32,000 nucleotides of DNA, taken from NCBI RefSeq assembly GCF_000284115.1, contig NC_017080.1, positions 270,001 through 302,000 on the forward strand. Direction: 5' to 3'. The notes beneath the pieces were generated by a model. The model saw nothing but the letters and a program-made list of their open reading frames with translations, was not told the origin of the DNA and made no database searches. Source of the DNA: Phycisphaera mikurensis NBRC 102666. Lineage in GTDB: Bacteria; Planctomycetota; Phycisphaerae; Phycisphaerales; Phycisphaeraceae. Position 1 is the stretch's first letter; each line of letters starts with the position of its first letter. The position numbers were made by a program, and so were the translations under genes. Below, one piece after another: positions 24,459 through 31,295 of this stretch.

Positions 24459-25952
24459 GTGAATCCCCCTCCCCTCGAGTCCCGGGCGGCGCCGGCGGCG
24501 GCGCCCGATGCGCCCGCCGGGGGCAACCTCCGCCGGCGCGCCATCGCCGGCGGGCTCTGGACGGCGGTGGGCTTCGGGGGCGGGCAGGGCCTCCGGCTGC
24601 TCTCCAACATCGTCCTCGCGCAGGTCCTCCTGACCGACGACTTCGGCCTCATGGGGAAGGTCACGGTGATCCTCACCGGCCTGCTGATGTTCTCGGACAT
24701 CGGCATCGGCCCGGCGCTGATCTCCAGCAAGCGGACCGACGCCGCCTTCCGGAACACGGCCTGGACGATCCAGGTCGGCCGCGGCTTTCTCCTGTGGGGT
24801 GCCGCGGCGGCGCTCGCGCAGCCGCTGTCGGTGCTGCTCAACGCCCCCGGGCTCACCGCGGTGCTGCCGGTGGTGGCGGCGAGCGCGGCGATCCAGGGCC
24901 TGCAGAGCAGCAACTGGTTCAGCGCCAACCGGGAGCTCTCGGTGGGCCGGATGATGGGCATCGAGTTGGGCACGATGGGCGTGCTCGTCTCGACGATGGT
25001 GTTCTGGGCGTACGCGATCGACGCGTCCGTGTGGGCGCTGGTCGTGGGGAACCTCGCCTCGGCGGTCTTCCACACCGCGATGTCGCACACGCTGCCGGGC
25101 ATCCGCAACCGGCTGCGCCTCGAACGCGAGGCGGCGGGGGAGCTGATCCGCTTCGGCCGGTGGCTCTTCCTCTCGACCGTCATCACGTTCTTCGCGATGC
25201 AGATCGACAAGCTGCTGCTGATGCGCTTCACCACGACGCAGACCTTCGGTGTCTTCTACATCGGCATGCAGCTGGCGAACCTGGGGCCGACGCTCGCGCT
25301 CAAGGTGGCCCACCTCGTGGGCTTCCCGGTGATCTCAGAGGTCTACCGCGAGCGGCCGGCGGAGTTCAGCCGCGCCTTCGTCCGGGTGCAGACGGTCACG
25401 CTGCTGCCCGTGCACGCGGCGCTGCTGGGGATGATCCTGCTGGGGCCCAGCCTGTTCTACCTCTTCTACCCGGTGAGCTACTGGGGCGCGGGCTGGATCG
25501 TGCAGGTGCTGAGCCTCAACGCCGTGGTGGGGCTGCTGAACACGAGCTACGGCAACGCCTTCATGGCGACGGGCAACACGTTCTACAACATGCTCATCTC
25601 GCTCATCCAGGTCGCGGTGACGACGGCCGCCGTGCTCACCGGCTACGCGGTCGGGGGGGAGACCGGCTTCCTGCTGGGCCTCGCCGTGTGCCAGTACGCG
25701 GCCTACCCCCTCGACGCGGCCGTCGCCGACCGCATGAAGATCTGGCAGCCACGCTTCGACCTGCCGCTGATCGCGGCGACCACGCTGCTCTCGCTGGCGG
25801 CGCTCTGGGGCGCCCAGCAGATCGCGCCGGTGTCGGCATCCTGGGGCCAGACGCTCCGCGGGGTCGTCGCCGAGTGGCGTGCTTCGGCGGCGGCCCCGCC
25901 CGCGGGCACGCTGGACGGCCGCGCGGATCGTGCCGATACGCCGGCCTCCTGA
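24459..25952 (+). CDS. wzx: Wzx-type oligosaccharide/polysaccharide flippase (MOP superfamily), copy 2
   Basis: ORF 24459..25952(+), 497 aa, GTG start. It aligns without obvious gaps to copy 1 (FGLMGKVTVILTGLLMFSDIGIGPALIS; AAGELIRFGRWLFLST; WGAGWIVQ; WQPRFDLP). Confidence 0.8.
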   Translation: MNPPPLESRAAPAAAPDAPAGGNLRRRAIAGGLWTAVGFGGGQGLRLLSNIVLAQVLLTDDFGLMGKVTVILTGLLMFSDIGIGPALISSKRTDAAFRNTAWTIQVGRGFLLWGAAAALAQPLSVLLNAPGLTAVLPVVAASAAIQGLQSSNWFSANRELSVGRMMGIELGTMGVLVSTMVFWAYAIDASVWALVVGNLASAVFHTAMSHTLPGIRNRLRLEREAAGELIRFGRWLFLSTVITFFAMQIDKLLLMRFTTTQTFGVFYIGMQLANLGPTLALKVAHLVGFPVISEVYRERPAEFSRAFVRVQTVTLLPVHAALLGMILLGPSLFYLFYPVSYWGAGWIVQVLSLNAVVGLLNTSYGNAFMATGNTFYNMLISLIQVAVTTAAVLTGYAVGGETGFLLGLAVCQYAAYPLDAAVADRMKIWQPRFDLPLIAATTLLSLAALWGAQQIAPVSASWGQTLRGVVAEWRASAAAPPAGTLDGRADRADTPAS

Positions 25953-25967
25953 AGGATCGGGAACCCC

Positions 25968-27164
25968 ATGCACGACGCAGCCGCCGATCCCGAACTCGCT
26001 CCGCCCCCGGCCGCGGCGGCCCCGGCGGCCCCGGCGGCCCCGGCGCACCGCCCGCTGCGGGTGACCTTCCTCTTGAAGCGTTCGGACTTTTCGGGCGGCG
26101 TGCGCGTCGTGCGGACGTACGCCGAGCGGCTGCGGGCCCGCGGCCACCGGGTCGTCGTCGTTTCCTGCGAGCAGCCCCCCGAGCCGCTGCGCCGGCGGAT
26201 CAAGCGGGCCGCGACCGGCGGCGGGATCGCTCCCGCCCCGCGTCGGGTGCCCGGCCACCTCGACGGCTGCGACCTCGACCACCGCGTGATCCCCGGCGGC
26301 CGCACGCCCTCGGCCGACGACGTGCCCGACGCCGACGTGCTCGTCACGACCTGGTGGGAGACCGCCGAGTGGGTGCGGGGCTGGCCGGCGCGGGTGGGCC
26401 GGGTGGTGGACTTCGTCCAGCACGACGAGCGGGCGATCGGGAACCCCGACGCCGCCACGCGTGCCCGCATCGAGGCCGTTTGGCGGGAGGACCGACCCAA
26501 GATCGTGGTCGCGGGTTGGATCGGCCGGGCCATCGAGGCCGAGGGCGGCGGCCGCGTGGTGCCCGTGCCCAACGCCGTCGACACCGACCTCTTCCACGCG
26601 CCGCCTCGCGGCAAGCAGCCGGTGCCCACCGTGGGCTTCATGCACACCCACGCCGCCTTCAAGGGGCCGGACGTGATGATGCGGGCGATCGCGATCGCCC
26701 GCGCGGCCGTGCCGGACCTCCGCGTCCGCGCCTTCGGCCACGCCGACGCGCCCGCGAGCGACCCGGACCTGCCCGCCGGCACCGTGTACCGCCGGCAGCC
26801 GCCGCAGCGGGAGATCCCCGCGGTCTACGCCGGCTGCGACGCCTGGCTCTTCGGCAGCCGCTGCGAGGGCTTCGGCCTGCCGATCCTCGAGGCCATGGCC
26901 TGTCGGACGCCGGTGATCGGCACCCCCGCCGGGGCCGCCCCCGAGCTGCTCGGCCCGCCGCCCGGCGGCGGCGAGCCCGCGGGCGTGCTGGTCGCCATGG
27001 AGGACCCCGATGCCATGGCGGCGGCGATCGTGCGGACGGTCCGGCTGGAGGAGGCCGCCTGGCGGGCCCTCTCCGGCCGCGCCCACGCCGTCGCCGCCGG
27101 CTACACGTGGGAGCAGGCGACCGATCGCTTCGAAACGGAGCTGCGGGCGGCGGCCAAGGCATGA
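25968..27164 (+). CDS. GT4 (group 1) glycosyltransferase
   Basis: ORF 25968..27164(+), 398 aa. It has the E-x7-E region CEGFGLPILEAMACRTPVIGTPAGAAPELL. Its stop overlaps the next ATG (ATGA, 27161-27164). Confidence 0.8.
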   Translation: MHDAAADPELAPPPAAAAPAAPAAPAHRPLRVTFLLKRSDFSGGVRVVRTYAERLRARGHRVVVVSCEQPPEPLRRRIKRAATGGGIAPAPRRVPGHLDGCDLDHRVIPGGRTPSADDVPDADVLVTTWWETAEWVRGWPARVGRVVDFVQHDERAIGNPDAATRARIEAVWREDRPKIVVAGWIGRAIEAEGGGRVVPVPNAVDTDLFHAPPRGKQPVPTVGFMHTHAAFKGPDVMMRAIAIARAAVPDLRVRAFGHADAPASDPDLPAGTVYRRQPPQREIPAVYAGCDAWLFGSRCEGFGLPILEAMACRTPVIGTPAGAAPELLGPPPGGGEPAGVLVAMEDPDAMAAAIVRTVRLEEAAWRALSGRAHAVAAGYTWEQATDRFETELRAAAKA

Positions 27165-28519
27165 GCGTGGCCGAAGCCCCGAGCGCGCCGCCGGCCGCGC
27201 CGCGCCCGCGCAGGATGATGTGGCCGGAGCTGGACCTGCTCCGCGGCCTCGCCGGGCTGGCGATGGTGGTGAACCACACCGCCGTGGGCCTCGTGCCCGC
27301 CGCGGCGACCGGGCTGATCGCGCTGCCGGATGCGCCGCTGACGATGACGCCGGTCCAGTGGGCGAGCTTCCTGGGCAGCTTCGCGCCGATGATCTTCTTC
27401 TTCATCACCGGTGTCGGCTACGGCCTGCAGGCGCGGGCCGGCGGCGTCGGCCGCAAGCCGGGCCTGTGGAGCAAGGCCGCCGTGCTGGTGTTCGCCGACG
27501 CGATGCTCTGGCGGGTGGGGGGGCTGTGGATCGGGCTGGACTTCTTCGGCTTCATCGCCCTGTCGATGGTGCTGCTGGGGTCGCTGAACCGGCTGGACCG
27601 CCGGCATGCGATCGTGGCCGTGGCGGCGCTGCTCGCCGCGGTCTCGGTCGCCCGCTACGCCGCGGTGCCGCTCGCCGGGCGCGTGCTCGGGCCCGAGGCG
27701 GTGGGCCTGGTGGCCCAGCTCACCGGCCACCGCGCCGTCAGCGGGATCTCCTTCCCGCCGATGCCCTGGCTCGGCTACCCGCTGGCCGGCTTCCTCGTCG
27801 GCGCCGCCGCCACCGCCTCCGCCGGGTTCATCGACCGCCGCCGCGTCGCCGTCGCCGCCGCGCTGCTCGCCGCGGGCGCCGCCTGCCTCGCCGCGGCCGC
27901 CTGGTTCGCCGCCCACGGCTACCCGCTGCACCGCTGGGGCCGCCTCGCGCCCTCCTCCTACGCCGCGGGCTTCGCTGTGCTCGCGGCGCTCCTGGCCCTC
28001 TGTCTGCTGGTTTTCCCGCCGCGGCTGGGCGGCGCGGCGGGGGCGGACGGCGCCGCCGGATCCGCGGACCGCGGCCCCAGGCCCGGCTTCGGGCTCGCGG
28101 TCCGCGGCCTGTCGCTGCGTGGCGTCGCCGCCTTCGCCGTGGTGCCGCTGCACTTCCTCGCGATCGACCTTGCCGAGCTGGCGGGCGTCGCCACGGCCAC
28201 CGCCGCCGGCGTCTTCCTGGCCTGCGGGATCGTCGCCGCGTTCGCCTTGGGTGCGGCGCCGCTGGTGATGGCCGCCGCCGAGCGGGTGCGGGCCCACCCC
28301 CGGGCCGACGCCGCCTGGTTCGTCGCGCTCGCCGCGGCCGCCGCGGCCCTGGCCGCCATCGGGCTCCCGGCGCTCCGCGGGCCCGCCGGCTCGGCGGTGG
28401 CCAGCCTCGGCCAGCTCGCCCTGTGCCTGCTGCTGGCGCTCCCGCTGCCCCGGCTGGCGCAGGCCCGGGAACCGTCCGATAGCGTCCCCGCCCGCGACGC
28501 CGCCCCCGCCGCCCGATGA
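27161..28519 (+). CDS. polytopic membrane protein, DUF1624/heparan-alpha-glucosaminide N-acetyltransferase-like (putative acyltransferase)
   Basis: This is the 3' part of ORF 24794..28519(+), with ATG at 27161 (MSVAEAPSAPP...). It contains WPELDLLRGLAGLAMVVNH and APMIFFFITGVGYG, recalled as resembling the DUF1624 N-terminal signature. About 452 aa and strongly hydrophobic. Confidence 0.6.
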   Translation: MSVAEAPSAPPAAPRPRRMMWPELDLLRGLAGLAMVVNHTAVGLVPAAATGLIALPDAPLTMTPVQWASFLGSFAPMIFFFITGVGYGLQARAGGVGRKPGLWSKAAVLVFADAMLWRVGGLWIGLDFFGFIALSMVLLGSLNRLDRRHAIVAVAALLAAVSVARYAAVPLAGRVLGPEAVGLVAQLTGHRAVSGISFPPMPWLGYPLAGFLVGAAATASAGFIDRRRVAVAAALLAAGAACLAAAAWFAAHGYPLHRWGRLAPSSYAAGFAVLAALLALCLLVFPPRLGGAAGADGAAGSADRGPRPGFGLAVRGLSLRGVAAFAVVPLHFLAIDLAELAGVATATAAGVFLACGIVAAFALGAAPLVMAAAERVRAHPRADAAWFVALAAAAAALAAIGLPALRGPAGSAVASLGQLALCLLLALPLPRLAQAREPSDSVPARDAAPAAR

Positions 28520-28576
28520 GCCGGCCGCGGTTGCGCCGCGCCGCACACCCCCAGCTCCCCGTTGAACGCCCCCGCC

Positions 28577-29404
28577 ATGCCCGAAGCCCAGCCCGCCGAC
28601 GTCCCCGTGTTCGTGCTCTGTGGCGGCCTGGGCACGCGCTTCCGTGAACAGACCGAGTTCCGGCCCAAGCCGATGATCGAGATCGGCGGCTACCCGATCC
28701 TCTGGCACATCCTCACGACCTACGCCCGCCACGGCTTCAAGAAGTTCGTGCTGTGCAGCGGCTACAAGAGCGAGAGCATCAAGGCGTACTTCCTCGACTA
28801 TTCCGCCCTGAACTCCGACTTCACCGTGAAGCTCGGCTCCCGGGGCGACGACAGCCTCACCGTCCACAGCGTCGATCACGACCAGGACTGGGAGGTCACC
28901 GTTGCCTTCACCGGCGAGCTGACGATGACCGGCGGCCGCATCGCCATGGCCACCTCGAAGTACCTCGGCGACGCCGAGCACTTCGCCGTCACCTACGGCG
29001 ACGGCGTCACCGACGCCGACTTCTCCGCCGAGTTCGCCCAGCACCTCGCCCACGACAAGCTGGGCACCGTGCTGGGCGTCAACCCGCCGTCCCGCTTCGG
29101 CGAGCTCAAGCTCGCCGGCGAGGAGGTCACCGAGTTCGCCGAGAAGCCCGACCTCGACGACACCTGGATCAACGGCGGCTACTTCTTCTTCCGGAAGGGC
29201 TTCGCCGACCGGCTCACGCAGGGCGACGATTCGCTGGTCCTGGAAAAAGAGCCGCTGATTCAGTTGGCACGCGACGGCCAGTTGACCATGTTCAAGCACA
29301 AAGGCTTCTGGCAGTGCATGGACACCCAGCGGGACTGGGACGGGCTGAACAAGCTCTGGCAGTCGGGCGAGGCGCCGTGGATGAAGGGCCCGGTCAGCCG
29401 GTGA
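28577..29404 (+). CDS. rfbF: glucose-1-phosphate cytidylyltransferase
   Basis: ORF 28562..29404(+); the in-frame ATG at 28577 is preferred. It contains VFVLCGGLGTRFREQTEFRPKPMIEIGGYPILWHIL, YGDGVTD, EKP...WINGGYFFF and FWQCMDTQRD, typical of RfbF/DdhA. Confidence 0.9.
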   Translation: MPEAQPADVPVFVLCGGLGTRFREQTEFRPKPMIEIGGYPILWHILTTYARHGFKKFVLCSGYKSESIKAYFLDYSALNSDFTVKLGSRGDDSLTVHSVDHDQDWEVTVAFTGELTMTGGRIAMATSKYLGDAEHFAVTYGDGVTDADFSAEFAQHLAHDKLGTVLGVNPPSRFGELKLAGEEVTEFAEKPDLDDTWINGGYFFFRKGFADRLTQGDDSLVLEKEPLIQLARDGQLTMFKHKGFWQCMDTQRDWDGLNKLWQSGEAPWMKGPVSR

Positions 29405-29472
29405 CCCGTTAGAACCTCACCGCCCCGGGAGACGGGGCACCGCAAAACTCGAGCGTGGTCGCGACTCCGGAA

Positions 29473-29515
29473 GGGGTCAGCCACCTTTTCCGCAGCGGAG
29501 AAGGTGGCAGACCCC
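29473..29515. promoter_or_regulatory. 43-nt near-perfect palindrome (intercistronic stem-loop or operator candidate)
   Basis: GGGGTCAGCCACCTT (29473-29487) pairs with AAGGTGGCAGACCCC (29501-29515) with one central mismatch. The inner segment TTCCGC-A-GCGGAG pairs further with one G-T wobble, centred on A29494. It lies in the 148-bp gap between rfbF and the SDR gene. Confidence 0.6.
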
Positions 29516-29552
29516 GCGGTTCGCAACGCCCTCGGGGCATGAAAGCAACGAC

Positions 29553-30563
29553 ATGAAGATCTTCGTCACCGGCCACCGCGGCTACATCGGCGTCCACCTC
29601 GTGGACCAGCTCAAGGCCGCCGGCCACACCGTCGTCGGCTGCGACGTGGACCTGTTCGAGGGCTGCGCCTGGGAGAAGGTGACCGACCCCGACGTGGACC
29701 TGAAGAAGGACACGCGGGAGATCACCGAGCAGGACCTCGACGGCTGCGACGCCGTGTGCCACCTCGCCGCGATCTCCAACGACCCGATGGGCGACATGGA
29801 CCCGGAGATCACCTACTCGATCAACCGCGACGCCAGCGTCCGCCTCGCCGAGGTGGCCAAGCGGGCCGGCGTGGGGCGCTTCCTCTTCTCGGGCTCGTGC
29901 AGCGTCTACGGCAAGGGCGACAACGACGACGCGCTGAAGGAAGGCGACAAGCTCAACCCGCTGACCGCCTACGCGAAGAGCAAGATCGAGACCGAGGAGC
30001 AGACCGCCCACCTCGCCGACGACGGCTTCTGCGTGAGCTACCTCCGCAATTCCACCGCTTACGGCCACAGCCCGATGCTCCGCATCGACCTGGTCGTCAA
30101 CAACCTGCTCGCCTCGGCGCTGTCCTACGGCGAGATCCGCATCAAGAGCGACGGCAGCCCCTGGCGCCCGCTGATCCACTGCGCCGACATCGCCCGGGCG
30201 TTCGTGGCCTTCTGCGACGCGGACGCGGGGGCCATCAACGGCCAGGCGATCAACATCGGCGGCAACGACGAGAACTACCGGGTCAAGGACGTCGGCGACG
30301 GCGTGGAGCGGCTCATCCCCGAAGCGAAGGTCGTCTACACCGGCGAGCACGGCGAGGACTCCCGCGACTACCGCGTCAACTTCGACAAGCTGGCGGAGCT
30401 CGTGCCGGGTTTCCGGCTGGGCTACAACCTCCGCTCGGGCATGGAAGAGCTGCACAAAGCGATGGTCGATCACGGTTTCAACGCGGAGATGTTCGAGAGC
30501 GACCAGTTCGTGCGGCTCAAGACCCTGCGCAACCGCTTCGACCGCATCGGCGTGAGCGCGTAG
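29553..30563 (+). CDS. NAD-dependent epimerase/dehydratase family protein (extended SDR)
   Basis: ORF 29553..30563(+), 336 aa. It has the Rossmann motif MKIFVTGHRGYIG and the catalytic YAKSK (YxxxK). The upstream SGSCSVYG has no Asp-Glu pair of the kind seen in the TDE motif of 4,6-dehydratases. Confidence 0.85.
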   Translation: MKIFVTGHRGYIGVHLVDQLKAAGHTVVGCDVDLFEGCAWEKVTDPDVDLKKDTREITEQDLDGCDAVCHLAAISNDPMGDMDPEITYSINRDASVRLAEVAKRAGVGRFLFSGSCSVYGKGDNDDALKEGDKLNPLTAYAKSKIETEEQTAHLADDGFCVSYLRNSTAYGHSPMLRIDLVVNNLLASALSYGEIRIKSDGSPWRPLIHCADIARAFVAFCDADAGAINGQAINIGGNDENYRVKDVGDGVERLIPEAKVVYTGEHGEDSRDYRVNFDKLAELVPGFRLGYNLRSGMEELHKAMVDHGFNAEMFESDQFVRLKTLRNRFDRIGVSA

Positions 30564-30583
30564 GGCGGGCTTGCCAGCCCGCC
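30564..30583 (+). other. stem-loop immediately after the SDR stop codon
   Basis: GGCGGGC (30564-30570) and GCCCGCC (30577-30583) form a 7-bp stem with a 6-nt loop. No T-tract follows, so it is not a canonical intrinsic terminator. Confidence 0.4.
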
Positions 30584-30625
30584 GGCATCACGCGATCAAC
30601 CGGCTTTCACTCGAATCCCACACGC

Positions 30626-30663
30626 TGCCGCCTGCGGCGGCACGGCAGGCAAGCATGCCTGCC
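30626..30663 (+). other. two abutting GC-rich stem-loops upstream of the rfbC-like gene
   Basis: TGCCGCC-TGC-GGCGGCA occupies 30626-30642. GGCAGGCA-AGCA-TGCCTGCC occupies 30644-30663. The second ends 32 nt before the ATG at 30696. Confidence 0.45.
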
Positions 30664-30695
30664 CGACGGCTCCCGCGCCATGTCATCGGCCCGCC

Positions 30696-31241
30696 ATGAA
30701 GTTCCACGACACCCCCCTCCAGGACGCCAAGCTCATCGAACTCGAGAAGCGAGGCGATGAACGCGGCTTCTTCGCCCGCGCCTTCTGCACGAAGGAGTTC
30801 GCCGCCGCCGGCCTGCCCACCGCGTTCGTCCAGGTGAACAACTCGGACAGCGCCGACGCCGGCACCCTCCGCGGCATGCACTACCAGCTCGGCGACGACG
30901 CCGAGACCAAGCTGGTCCGCTGCATCAAGGGCAGCCTCTGGGACTGCATCATCGACCTGCGGCCCGACTCGCCCACCTTCAAGAAGTGGTACGGCGTGGA
31001 GCTCTCCGCCGAGAACCGCCTGATGCTCGCCGTGCCCCGCGGCTTTGCCCACGGCTTCATCACGCTCGAGCCCAACACCGAGGCCTTCTACTTCGTCGAC
31101 AACTTCTACGCCCCCGACGCCGAGCGTGGCATCCGCCACGACGACCCGGAGTTCGGCATCCAGTGGCCCCGCGAGCCCGCCGTGCAGAGCGACAAGGACA
31201 AGTCCTGGCGCGACTTCGACCCCGCCTGGCACCTGAATTGA
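30696..31241 (+). CDS. rfbC: dTDP-4-dehydrorhamnose 3,5-epimerase family (RmlC-like cupin) sugar-nucleotide epimerase
   Basis: ORF 30696..31241(+), 181 aa. It contains DERGFFARAF, LRGMHYQ, KLVRCIKGSLWDCIIDLR and PRGFAHGFITLE, which are RmlC family signatures. Confidence 0.85.
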   Translation: MKFHDTPLQDAKLIELEKRGDERGFFARAFCTKEFAAAGLPTAFVQVNNSDSADAGTLRGMHYQLGDDAETKLVRCIKGSLWDCIIDLRPDSPTFKKWYGVELSAENRLMLAVPRGFAHGFITLEPNTEAFYFVDNFYAPDAERGIRHDDPEFGIQWPREPAVQSDKDKSWRDFDPAWHLN

Positions 31242-31295
31242 TCCCGCACCGCGTCCCGCCGGAGCGGTGGATCCGGTGGCGTCGGGCCGGGTGGT

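Noticed and set aside
26017-26043. 9-bp tandem repeat CGGCCCCGG x3 in the 5' end of the GT4 gene, encoding (AAP)n, as a possible phase- or length-variable tract
   Set aside because: The repeat is in frame, so slippage would only change the length of a low-complexity N-terminal tail. Repeats like this are common by chance in Ala/Pro-rich high-GC coding sequence.
29553-30563. Calling the SDR gene rfbG (CDP-glucose 4,6-dehydratase) because it lies next to rfbF
   Set aside because: The N-terminal and active-site-proximal motifs look epimerase/reductase-like (SGSCSVYG rather than a TDE-type segment). It is left as a generic NAD-dependent epimerase/dehydratase family protein pending phylogeny.
28562-31241. 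Apparently lower GC in the rfbF/SDR/rfbC block as evidence of horizontal transfer
   Set aside because: I hand-counted only two 60-nt lines (33/60 and 42/60 G+C), which is not a statistic. Conserved soluble enzymes also have lower GC than Ala/Gly/Leu-rich membrane proteins for compositional reasons. A proper sliding-window GC, GC3 and codon-usage analysis against the whole genome is needed.
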